DNA of 62,992 bases, the filler included, from Kipferlia bialata (lineage: Eukaryota), in NCBI GenBank assembly GCA_003568945.1. It is 4 parts of 4 records of this genome, joined end to end, with 100 filler letters (N's around TTAATTAATTAA, not from the genome) between each part and the next. Parts side by side here need not be neighbours in the genome. Positions count along the whole stretch, not along the records: positions 19,459 to 38,798 come from BDIP01000428.1; 3 more parts are not named here. One strand, given 5' to 3'. The first letter of the stretch is position 1. The number at the start of each line of letters is the position of its first letter. A program made the position numbers and the translations under genes. The notes under the pieces were generated by a model. The model was not told the origin of the DNA. It ran no database searches and saw only the letters and a list, made by a program, of their open reading frames with translations. This document shows, in pieces, positions 23,571 to 35,509 of this stretch.

Positions 23571-25587
23571 ATATATATATTTGTTTCTCTATTATTGAGG
23601 TATCCTACTCTCTCTCTATGTGTGTCTCTCTCTCAGTATATATAGTTCATTTATATACTGACTCTAGGCCTTTGGTATGGAACCTAGCAAGGGTGCCCTG
23701 CTCTATGGACCATCAGGCTGTGGCAAGACAGCACTGGTCAGACAACTCGCAAGGTATAGTATATATCAGTATATCAGTATATTTACATTTACACATGCTT
23801 ATATATATATAGTATGTATAGTATATGGGCCATCGGGCTGTGGCAAGACAGCACTGGTCAGACAACTGGCGAGGTATACATTCTATGCATGAGTATTAAT
23901 ACACCGAGTCGTTATCGTGTGTACTACTTGTATTGAGTACCAACGATCAATTTCCTAATATGAATGTCAGTTATCCTTAGCAGTAAACATTTGCTACACT
24001 CCTTAGTACTATCCCAATATCGGCGAGTACCAGGGCAAGTTCACCTTCTTCCTGGTGTATCTATATATATATATATATATACCTGCACATATACACATAT
24101 CTATGTATATGTATTCTTATATATCCTAATATCAGCGAGTACCAGGGCAAGGTCACCTTCTTCCTGGTGGATGGCCCATCCCTCTTCAGCCCATACTACG
24201 GAGAGACAGAGGCCGCACTCGCTCGGTATGTGATATATATACACGGATTAATAATGTACATCGACTTGTTTCAAGCCTGTATCTCACATTCAAAGGTCCC
24301 ATCTGTAGGGTATATATATTCGTTATTATATATAGTAGTAGTAGATTTATTTACCTACACCAGCGTCTTCTCCCGTGCCCGCTCTGTAGCCCCATCTGTT
24401 GTGTTCCTAGACAACGTGGATGCATTGGCACCAAGCAGGGACAAGGAGGGAGGGGGAGAGGCCAGTGGAAGGTAAACGTATATGGTATAGATAGTAAATA
24501 CGATATATCATGATATATATCAGTGGATGCCCTAGTATGCCCCCACCAGGGACAATGCGTGATTATTATTTACCCATGAGTGTATTTCTACTTATACCCT
24601 AACTCCCAGAGTGCTGTCTGGCCTCCTTGCCGAGATGGACGGTGCATACATATATATCTATGTACTATGAGTGTTATATATATATATATCTATACTTCAT
24701 ATATTGACCCCCAGGGTGCTGTCTGGCCTCCTTGCCGAGATGGACGGTGTGCAGGAGTCAGCCCCACTTGCAGTATTCGCAGGTAGGGATGTTTCTCTCT
24801 TTCAATACAATATACTATATGCTATATACTATATGTGTATATGGATATAATATATTTCATCCACTGGTAGTATTCGCAGGTGGTGTGTATCCTTAGCAGG
24901 ATTATATATGTCCCAAATAGTATATATACTATGTATATAGCATTGTAATCATTGTACTGTGTTTCTCTATTGCACATCCTGTTATATTGCTCTATGGTAG
25001 TATGTCTATAGGCATAGTTCTATACTATATACCCGTTCACTTCTCCTTACCCCAGCCACCAACCAGCCCTGGGCACTGGACTCAGCCCTGATCAGACCAG
25101 GTATGTAATACTATACATTAATATACAGATATATATGTAGTGTCCATGTAATTATACACTATTACTGCCCTGGGCACTGGACTCAGCTCTGATCAGACCA
25201 GGTGTGCATTACTATATATTCATATACATAGATATATGTAGTGTCCAAAATTTTTTTACTATTCCTGCCTTGGACACTGGACTCAGCACTGATCAGACCA
25301 GGTATGTATGACTATGTGTGTGTTTTCGACCTATGAATAATTTTGTGTGTATGAAATAGTAAGTAATATTTGTATTGATATATGTGTAATATGGGAGCTA
25401 TAGTCATCCCAATGTACTGTTTGGTGTATTACCCTGATCTGACACGATATATAAAGTGTCTCATAAGGTAATCAAAAATCACATTTAAACGCCTCTCCAT
25501 ATATTAATACGCTTTTTGAATACCTTACTCCAGGCAGACTGGACGATAGCATCATGGTGGGGGCACTCTCAGGGGACAGGTACATAG

Positions 25588-25634
<47 letters not shown>

Positions 25635-26207
25635 TACATATGTATACTTATCCATATATACATATGGTATATAAGTATCATGGTCGGGGCACTCTCAGGG
25701 GACAGGTACTTAGAAGTATATACATATATACATATATATATGTATATATATGTATACTTATACCTGATACATATACATATGATACTGAAGTATCATGGTG
25801 GGGGCACTCTCAGGGGACAGGTACCTTGATGCATATAGACTATATATATATACATACATGTATAGATATGATACTGAAGTGTCGTGGTGGGGGCACTCTC
25901 ATGGGACAGGCACAACGCCGCATACGCGGATTTGATTATTATGCACTCTACCTCGTACCCTTCTTTTCAATCCTACTGAAATATATATAATTGTAGCAGG
26001 CAGTAGAGATTATACAATATCCTCACTCCCAGGCTGGTGCAGGCTGTCTCTGCCGCCACTGAGTCAGTGACAATTAAGGGTGTAGAGAGAGAGGGTGTAG
26101 AGGGTGTTGATAGAGAGGAGCGTCTCGAGCGTATCACTGCCTCCCTGCGTACCAGTGGCATCCTCCACTCTGAGTGGCTGCCATCTGATGTGTGGCACAC
26201 AGGTACC

Positions 26208-26238
<31 letters not shown>

Positions 26239-26696
26239 GAGCCTTTTCTACCCCCAGCCAGACACGTTGCCAGGTCCCAGAAGAAGGACTATACCGATGC
26301 AGAGGGAGAGGGAGAGGGAGAGGGAGAGGGGGAGGGGGAGAGAGAGACTGTCACCACAGATACAGTTGTGTCTGCCCTGCTACAGGTATGCAGATATATA
26401 GTGTGTTAGCTTAGTTTTATATAGTAAATACTATATGTGTTACGTATGCACAATGTTTTTCAATTATAATAGATAGTAATTTAGTATTAAAGTATTTATT
26501 CAATTAATAATAATTATTTTATTTTATTCAATTAATAATAATTATTATCAATTATATGTCTCACTCCAGGCCTTAGTTTAATATATTGTATATTAGTTAT
26601 GGATATATATTATATCAATTATATGTCTCACTTCAGGCCTACCCCACTGTCAAGGGCGCTGCTGCCTGGACAGAGTACAAGAGATGGGGGGCATAG
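19945..26696 (+). CDS. Double-AAA+ ATPase of the CDC48 clan, most like SPATA5L1/AFG2B; 5'-partial, about 20 exons
   Basis: D1: [32 protein letters not shown]2: [79 protein letters not shown]. Stop TAG at 26694-26696. Confidence 0.85.
25056..25910 (+). repeat. Tandem exon-end + 5' splice-site repeats (3 units, then 4 units; period about 90-125 nt)
   Basis: CACTGGACTCAGCNCTGATCAGACCAG|GT ends at 25100, 25201 and 25301. GGGGCACTCTCAGGGGACAG|GT ends at 25579, 25705, 25820 and, degenerate, at 25909. Confidence 0.95.
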
Positions 26697-26940
26697 GGCC
26701 TATGATAGGCACTCGGCACTGCGTGCATTGCAACGTTGAGATAATAGAGCGTCATAGAGAGATTTATACGTCATCAACATACACTCATCAGGATCCACAT
26801 AGTAAGGACTTGTTTTGATATTTATACAGCTGTCTCCCTCACTGAGAGCAGGATAGATGGAAAGAGATTATAGACACCAAAGAGGGTCTCTATGCATCTC
26901 TCTCTCTCTCTCTCTCTCTACACCCTTTCTAGGTGTTTGT

Positions 26941-28260
26941 TTAGAGGATGACCACGGGGGCGTAGGCGTTGTACCACATGACAGAGGCGGGGGCCTGGAG
27001 TAAGATATATAAATCAATACAAGTACCAAAAGATACACATATAGATAATAGTGAAGAGAGGATGTATGTTTACCTGGTACTGGTATCTGGCCATGAGGAC
27101 CTCCTTGTTGCACTATATACATATACACTATATATATGTATATGTGTATATACAGACATATATACAGATATACATACATATACACTATATATATATATAT
27201 ATATATATAACATACCTGGTACTGGTATCTGGCCATGAGGTCCTCCTTGTTGCACACCACAACGTTGAAGGGTCTGGGGGTGAGTGAGAAATGAGAGGAA
27301 TTAGACAGTGAGGGAGAAAGAGAGAGAGAGATATGCCTCACCTGAAGGAGAGCTTTGCCAGGTTGAAGTAGCCAAGGCCGAAGGGGATTCCAATGATGGT
27401 GCAGCAGCAGATGGCACCCACAATGAAGAACATGATGGCTGGAATAAGGNNNNNNNNNGCAGCAGATGGCACCCACAATGAAGAACATGATGGCTGGAAT
27501 AAGGGTGTAGAGGTGGGGAGAGAGAGAGAAAGAAAGAGATGACTCCTATCATGTGGATTGAAGGTGAATCACGGTATATACACTACACTCACCCATCCAC
27601 CACCCGATGAAGATCATCCAGAAGACGTTCATGCAGGCAGCACATCCACTCCTCTCATAGGGGGACTGGGGCCTAGGGGTTAGGCATATATATAGAGAGG
27701 GAGAGAGAGCGAAATACTGAGAGTTCTAAGGGGACTTGGGGGGTGGGGGGAAGAGAGACTATACATACCTGTAAAGGGCCTTGCCGAAGGGGAATGCAGC
27801 GAATCCAGCCACCCTGAGGAGACCCACGCCGATGGGGGCACCAATGATGGAGATGCAGCAGCTAGGGTGAATGTATATATATATAGAGAGAGAGAGAGAG
27901 AGAAACAGAGAGAGATGGGGGCACCGATGATGGAGATGCAGCAGCTAGAGAGTGAGAGGGTAAGAGGAATGAAAGACAAAGAGAGTGCTTCAACCTGAGG
28001 GTCACATTGAGTAGGGGACGCCACACACACTAGCTACCATATAACGACCCACGCAACCACACACTAAACGCGCTCCCCAAACTACAAATGATGCAAGTAT
28101 AGCAACAATACGGCCGCTTTCACAAACTGACAAGAGAGAAAAGACCATAAATAGCTCTTAACCAGACGTACAGGATACCGACAATGCCATAGGTCAGGCA
28201 CAGGATCTCTCCTCCGAGGATGAACCACAGGATGTTCAAGAATATAGCACAGCCGTCCAT
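26941..28260 (-). CDS. YccF-domain (inner-membrane component, two repeats) protein, multi-exon
   Basis: Repeat 1: MDGCAIFLNILWFILGGEILCLTYGIVGIL-CISIIGAPIGVGLLRVAGFAAFPFG. Repeat 2: MNVFWMIFIG...GAICCCTIIGIPFGLGYFNLAKLSFRPF. Both fit the N(I/V)xW..GG...TIIGIP.G......L.PFG consensus. Confidence 0.88.
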
Positions 28261-28623
28261 TTTATGCTGTTGTTGGTGAAGCGATGGTCGAGTTCATCCC
28301 ACTGATCTGTATCATCAGTTTGAGAATTGAATTTCGAAAATGCACTTTCTTTATTTCGAAATTGGAAAACACGGTCACGTAATCTTATGTTACCATTTCT
28401 TACATGCGACCAATGGCTATACACGTGAAACACCACACACGCGTTCCGATCGAACCCGCTATAGCCCCTGTAGTGCAATAGCAGTGGACGTAACCGATAG
28501 TGGATAACCTACACCCTCATTCGACGGTGTTTGACAAATCTCGAGATCGGTGAGGGACAGACTGTTTACCTTCCCTGTCTAAGAAGCTTAGAGGGTTATT
28601 CCATCCTTCTGTGAGTGACAGAG
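28261..28623. promoter_or_regulatory. Putative bidirectional promoter between the YccF-like and RING genes
   Basis: 363-nt head-to-head interval with no microsatellites. It is visibly CpG-richer than the introns and contains CCAAT (about 28411) and CACGTG (about 28422). Confidence 0.5.
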
Positions 28624-28991
28624 ATGTCTGACTCTGATGTCCTTGCTGACACAGTCGATGTGACAGGTGCAGAGAGAGAGAGAGAGGTTGAGAGTGAGAG
28701 GGGTGTTAGCGAGAGTGAGACTTCACAGTCAGTGGAACCAGTGAGTGAAACAGGCAATCATGGAGAGGAAGGAGTCGAGACCGATGGAAAGAGAGATGCT
28801 GTGGAGGAGGGAGAGGGCGAGGGCGAGGGCGAGGTTGTTGTGGAAACCCTGGCTGACATTGATGCCGAGATGGACAGGGAGAGAGAGAAGAAGGGGGAGA
28901 GAGAGAGGGTGGAGAGTGCCATCGAGTGCCCCGTATGTCTGTGCACACCCACCAAGCCAATAGTGCTCAAGTGTGGGCACCTGATGTAAGT

Positions 28992-29024
<33 letters not shown>

Positions 29025-30915
29025 CACCTCTCTGCTATTGTCCTTTAGCCCAATTGAGTGAATGGTATGGTAGAGATCTTGCTGGCTGTTCTATCTCCTT
29101 CTCTCCCCATCTCATTTCAGGTGCTATAACTGCCTTCAGGGTACTCTCACTTCCCCTCTTCATATTGTATTCTCTCTCTTTCTCTCTCCCTCTATATCTT
29201 ATTCTCAGGTGCTATGACTGTCTCCAAGACTGGTGGGCAACACAGACTGCTAACCAGGTACAGTATCTATACACGTCCCTTCCTCTCCCGTGTCAATATC
29301 CCCTGTTGATTCGTTCTTTCTCTTTCTGACTTCTATTCTCTCTCTCTTACTCCCACACCCTTATATGTTGTGTGCCCCCTGTTCTCTCTCCCCCTTATAC
29401 CAGTGCCCCCTCTGCAGGGCTGTGCTGGACCCAGAGTCAGATGTCATACCAGTGTATACAGGCATGTATTATAGCATTACGTATACTATATGGATATGTT
29501 GTGTAGTCACATGGTCTTCGTCACTTAATACCATGTGTAAGTAATTCTAATGGATCATTGTTTGCAAATCGAGCACCCTTATCCAACCCCCAGGTGGTGC
29601 CTCAGCAGAGGTACCGGCCCAGTTCTCAGATGAGCTCAGGTATATAATCAATATATTTATATATATATATATGTATATATGGACGTGATCTATTTCAAGT
29701 CATTTGTATTTGTTGCTCTCCTGTATCAATATATTGTCTACTGATATGCAATGTGACTAATTAGTATCCTCGCACTATAGTGTCAATTGAAGTATATATA
29801 TACCACATGTTTAGACACTCACCCTTCAGGCAGAGGCGCCAACTATATTCATGTATATTGTCCAATGAATATATGTGTATCATGTATATTTACTTACACT
29901 CCAGGCAGCGGCGCCAGAGAGACCTGGACAGACGCATGAGGACCAATGGAAGGAACAACAACCAGAGGATTAGGTAATGGTAACTGGGGTATACACTGAG
30001 AGAGTATATTATAGAGTGTTAGTATTAAGGTGATTGAATTGGATACCTGAGGACCAACGGCAGGAACAATAACCAGAGGATTAGGTATTACTTATAGTAG
30101 AAATAGAGTAGACTATTCATATCTTCCTTGTGTGACTCTCACTGTCAGGATGATGGCCAACGGGGCCATGTTCGGATTGGGAGGTATGTTGTGTATACAT
30201 ACATAGATTCTTACAATCATCAATCATATATGAGAAAATGTAGGGTATATATGTAGGGTATGAATATGGACAATCAGAGTATATGTAGTCAGTACCGAAA
30301 TACCCTGTGTTAATGATATTCCCTTTCAACCCTCTCTTCCCCCTCACCCCAGGTGCCGGCTTCTCTCGTTATTACTCTGTAGGTTCTTCTCTCTCAACTT
30401 ATATGTGTGGTTGCAGTATTTGTCCTATTGATGCCTCACCCCAGGTGCAGGGTTCTCTCTCTCATTCGGTGCTGGTGGTGGGGGATTCCAGGTACGCAGA
30501 GTATTGTATTAATTTAGTATGCTGCGGCCCCTGATTACTGCGATGGTATCTATACTGATAGCCTACGTTCGCAGTTAAACAATGTATATTGTGCTGACTT
30601 TCAGGTCAGACGTCACCAGACTGGCATAGGGGGTCTTGGTCAGGTGAGAAATGGACTCAAATATACTCCTATGTAACATTAATGATACTCAGTATCGTTA
30701 CTATTAGCTAAACTGTGACTTTAGTTAGTGTATTTGACCGTTAGATGATCGGTGGCATGGGTCAGCCTCAGGGTGCCAGGGAGCAAGGGGGGCTAGGAGG
30801 AGAACAGGACGAGGAGGCCTTCAGAAGAGAGGTACTATACATATATATACATATATATTAATATATGCCTTTAGAGAGAGAGAGGGGACGAGGAGGCATT
30901 CAGAAGAGAGGTACT

Positions 30916-30962
<47 letters not shown>

Positions 30963-31627
30963 TTAAGAGAGAGAGAGAGAGGACGACGAGGCATTCAGAA
31001 TAGATATTCAATATGTACATATATTTTTATGTCTATTTATTCTTAAGGGAGAGAGAGGGGACGAGGAGACATTCAGAAGAGAGGTACTGTATCCTACATA
31101 CTTGTGGTTCATCCTTATTGTATGTGTGTAATACTATATAGAAGATAATAATATTATGTTTGAAGACGTTGTGTGTCTCTATTCCTCTGATTCTGTAGGT
31201 CAGACAGCGCCAGAGACGCACCATGCTAGTGATCCTGGCCAATATTTTATTGGTTGTCCTCCTGTCCCTGGCCTCGTACCTGTTGCCATCAGACGGGGCA
31301 GTGCTAGGTTAGAATACATACTGGCTCTCATATATAGTATCCTTATAGTATAGAATACATAATCTAGAACAGCAAGATGCATTATGAATACTGTGACAAT
31401 CTAACTCTCATGCACTGCTCAGCAATATAATATATGCATTTTGTATCTAGTTATGATGTTTTACCCCCAGGCCCTGCTCAGCAAGAGGGTGGAAGGACTA
31501 TATGATAGTAATATGCATTGTTAATTCAGTTATTTATGTGACTATCTCACCCTCAGGCCCTGCTCAGCAAGAGGGTGGAAGGAGACGGGTGAAGGTGTCG
31601 CCATTTGGGTTCGGGATAGTGTTCTAG
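28624..31627 (+). CDS. C3HC4 RING E3 ubiquitin ligase, RNF5/RNF185/RMA-like, with a C-terminal TM anchor
   Basis: ECPVCLCTPTKPIVLKCGHLM-CYDCLQDWW...-CPLCRAVLDPESDVIPVYTG. Hydrophobic tail MLVILANILLVVLLSLASYLL. The last exon is uncertain. Confidence 0.85.
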
Positions 31628-32314
31628 AGTGTAGGAAGAACATGCCTGAGGACCAATGAGGGGTGTGTATAGTAAGTGTGAGCGGAATGCTAAGAATTGC
31701 GAATATTGTGTGAAATAGACTTTGAGTTAGTAATTGCTGCACTGTGAGGCTTGTGAAAGCCCTGCGCATCGCCCTAGCCCTTCACAGTAGCGTGTATGGG
31801 TGTTTGGGTATGTATCTGGAAATTGAGTGCCTTTGAGCCCTATTAAACGTTTATTTCCCATCCTATAAGAGCTACCCATATAGGATTAGTACTAAGTTAG
31901 AGCTATCCCAATTCGGTCCCTGGGAGTATGTCATCTCTAGCATTTCCCACAAAGTGTGCCCGTAAATGTGTCATCTTAGCTCAGACACGTAAATATATGC
32001 AGGAACCAGAGTCTGGTCCAGACACAACCGTACACGGGTTAATTGAGTACGGTAGTGGCCACCCATGCCAGTGTCATCTTAGCTCAGCTGTTCATGTTCA
32101 TCTGAACATCTGGCTATATGATGTTTCTGTGGAACCAGTGTGTCTGCCAGGCACACTGGCTAAGGACTCCTTACCAGACACTGTCTGGTACCAGTGGTGC
32201 CGTACCACCGAAATTGTTTTCTGATGAGACTTATAGCGAGTATACTCACTCTCAGCCACTGAGTCAGTGGCTCTCTCCAGTCGGTACTCTCTCCCGACAG
32301 CCTTCACGTCCTTG

Positions 32315-33150
32315 TCATGAGCTCTCCTGAGGTGCTGACCGAGACCCTGTCTCTCCTTGTAACAAGGAGTCCTTGTTCACACTGATGCAGAGAGGACCGA
32401 GACCCTGTCTCCCCTTGTTCTCACTGATGCAGATAGGGCACTTGTAATAGATACCCGACTCCCTCTCTGACACTCTCTCATCTGTGGGAGTGACCAAGTT
32501 GGTCTCAGTAGTCTTGGCTCTGCGCTTGGCAGCGCCCTTGGCTCTCTCAGCGTGTGTGAATGCGTGTCTCTTCCCAGTTCCCTTTGCAATCCTCTTGGGG
32601 TATCTCTTTTCTGAGCATACGTGCAGCAGCAGCAGTCTCAGAGGTGAATGGACAGCCTATTCCACCCTTGGTGTGGAGGATGTTCTCATACTGACACATC
32701 CGGTAGCCGAGTGTCTGCTTGTTCAGCTTCCTGCACATAGCCTGCAGCACAAACTCCAGCATGTTGCCAACAATGGTCTCATGAGGTGTTGGGGCCTTGT
32801 TAGTCACCTTGTAGACTGGAGTGATGGAGGCTGACTCCCTGCACCACTCGAGAGCCTGCTCCTTGGTCCATGACCCGTGATCAACTAGGTGGTCACACAC
32901 TACCAGCTAAGGCTTGCTAGACCAGCAATGCTAGTGATCTTCTTGCGATCATTGCGACCGCCGCAGGTCAGCTTCCTCCTGAGCTCGTCGTAGCCGTTGT
33001 CGTAGAATAGGTACATGCCCATCCTGATGAACATAGAGGCGGCCTCTCTGATGCTGACACCAGGCCCATACAGCACAGTGCCATCCACTCTTTCCGCCTT
33101 CACGTTCTCAAGGCACTTCAGCAGAGCCCTGTTCCTACTGTGTCTTCCAA
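32315..33150 (-). pseudogene. Intronless disrupted ORF of unknown family with Cys motifs
   Basis: Three abutting coding-like ORF pieces in different frames (32900-33103, 32547-32900, 32315-32497). No splice signals or microsatellites. Contains YYKCPIC and CQYE...GCPF. Confidence 0.45.
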
Positions 33151-33599
33151 TGGAGGTGAGGATGTACTTTGTGAATCACAAATTGTGATCAATTCTGTGG
33201 GGATCTGACTACAGTCTGATGACTGTTAGTCTATCTCTCTCTCTCTCTAACCCAGTGGATCCACCTTCCAAGGCTCCTTCCCTGTCTCTCCCTCGTAGCC
33301 CTCATACCTCTTCAGCGGGGTAGTGGTGAGGGAGAGGCACTGGGAGAGGGAGAGAGAGACAATCTAGTGCAGATGGAGGAGAAGCTAGACAAGGACATAG
33401 CCATGCTGTCAAAGAGGTGGGTACAGTGAGTAATAGCTCTCATCCCTAATGGAGGCTACGAACTGTCTCCCCAGTGGCGGCTCCCTCCATGACCCTAAGG
33501 GTGAACGCCGCAAGTGGCACTTGCCAAGTGCAGTGAGAGGCTAGGCATCTCCGTCACTGAGCCACTTAGCCAACACCGGAGAGTCTTGAAGTTCAAGGC

Positions 33600-34160
33600 T
33601 TGAACCCCCCAACAACGACAAGGATGTCCAATGGCCATTAGGCACAAGAGAGCCCACGAGTCCATGGACGCCTATGATCCCTCGAAGACACTAGATGTCC
33701 TGTAGACCCCAAAAAGCTCGAGTTCAACTCCTGTATAGCCGACAAGGCCATGACGGCTCACCACATCCCTATTGAGGTTCACACAGGTCCCAAGGTGCTT
33801 AGGGAACTCTACGAGGAGCCCTATGACCCGGATCCCCTCGGCTCCCCATCCAAGAGGATGAGATCGCGCTTGCCATCACCTCGCACAAAAAGGGCACTGC
33901 TGGTGGGGAGGACGGTCATACCATGGATCACCTCAAAGACGCCATCGAGCACGAGCTTGGAATACTCACTGAGCTTGCCACCATCTTCAACTGCATGCGC
34001 GACCAGGCCTGGTGCCCCGAGTCCATCTCCTCTCTTTTTCGCGTCTTACGAAAGCGAAGCGTCTTCTTCGAAGTCTCATTGACCTCGCCAAAGGGAAGAA
34101 GAACCGGGTTCTTCAAGAACCCCGATGAGATATCCGGATACCGCCCCATGATTCCACGAG
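33600..34160 (+). mobile_element. Degenerate non-LTR retrotransposon (LINE) fragment: region leading into the RT domain
   Basis: From 33854: EDEIALAITSHKKGTAGGEDGHTMDHLKD...LTELATIFNCMRDQAWCPES...KNPDEISGYRPM, matching the EI..AI...K..KAPG.DG...E.LK...L..LFN.....P...YRPI pattern. Upstream frames are broken and no YADD core follows. Confidence 0.72.
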
Positions 34161-34534
34161 TCGGAGACTTCCGATTGTACAAAGACGTACCAAGAGGCAG
34201 ACATGTCCACGAGAGTGAGATCTGGCCTACGTATGAGTCCCACAATTAAGGCTGACTCTGTCACATGCAATCTACCAATAACAGGAAGAAAAGGCTTTCC
34301 GGTGATCACACTATTCTTCTCTATCTCTATTCTACGACATGGTTGTGACAATTACATACACACTCACACACACACGTATCACACGCCTGTCACGTTCTGC
34401 TACTAACTGGGCCTCTCTCTCTCTCTCTCTCACTCTCCTGATCTAGTTTTTCTCCCTCTCCCTCTTCCCACCAACCGGACACTTCCTGGGCCCTTCTACT
34501 CTCTCTCTCCTTCTCTCTCTCGCTCTCTCTCCTA

Positions 34535-35476
34535 CTAAAGATCGAACAGCCCAACCACCCCGGGTACAGGGTTTGCGTAGTCTGCGTCCCAGACACCTGT
34601 GTGTTAGTGGAGATATATATATATTAATATATTGGGTAAGAGACACTAGGATACAGGTATGCATATATGAAGGTATGTATATCTATGAGCAGAAAGCTTG
34701 AGATATAGCAGTCCCAGACACATGTAAGAAAGATATACAGTCTTATGTGTGGATGTATAATCATATATATAGGAAGATATTCAAGATTTCTTTTTCAGAC
34801 CCCTCTGTCGAGACATTCACCGAGAGAGAGAGCGAGATTACCTGGACTTCCCACCAACGCCTGGTATCCATAACGATTGCTATCCACGGTAAGAGAAGTC
34901 CCTGGGGTAAGCAGGGTGTATGTGCATGTGTGTATGTATGATAGAGAGAGAGAAAGAGGATGTCCCTGTGGGAAGCCTGGTGTTGATCAGTGGTGTGTAT
35001 ACATACCCAGATTGGTTTCAACCCTCTTCACTGAAGAGTCTTCAGCTGTCGTCTCTCTCTCTCTTTATATATATATTATACATATTATATATTGATAGGA
35101 CGCTCACCCAGGTCTGGGTCCTCTCCACGCTATAGGTACCTCTCTCTCCCTCTCCCCCCCCCATCTATATATACATGTGTGTCTTCCTTGGAAGATCCGC
35201 ACTCACCTAGGTATGTGTCCTCTCCACCCTCTGTGTATCCACTCTCTCTCTCTCTCTCTCTCTCTGCTAATATATAGGACACTCACGCAGATATGGGTCG
35301 TATCCACCCTCTAGGTACCCTCTCGTTCTCTTACTCTCTCTCTCTGTTCATATATGCAGGGTATGTTTACCTAGGTATGTGTCCTCTCCACCCTCTGTAT
35401 ATCCGTTGCAGATGAAGTGGCCTACGGCATCGTCAGGTCTCCAGTCTCTGTTGTACGAGTACAACCTGGGGTGGTC

Positions 35477-35509
<33 letters not shown>

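Noticed and set aside
25056..25910. CRISPR-like look of 30-nt repeats spaced about 100 nt apart
   Set aside because: The repeats are exon ends with GT donors, the spacers are TA microsatellite and mutually similar, and there are no cas genes in this eukaryotic context.
27399..27503. Identical 51-nt duplication either side of a 9-N gap (similar case at 54680-54770)
   Set aside because: Perfect identity flanking a gap suggests a scaffolding overlap artefact, so it was not counted as echo evidence.
31736..31792. Hairpin (ACTGTGA/TCACAGT) downstream of the RING gene as a possible SECIS element
   Set aside because: No ATGA/GA quartet in the right geometry and no in-frame TGA needing recoding in the gene.
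32209..32230. GAAA ... CTGATGA resembling a hammerhead ribozyme core
   Set aside because: Only about 6 nt separate the motifs, leaving no room for stems I and III or the cleavage triplet.
32700..33100. Faint RNase III-like feel of ETIVGNMLEFVL
   Set aside because: The signature ERLEFLGD motif is absent, so the call is not supportable by eye.
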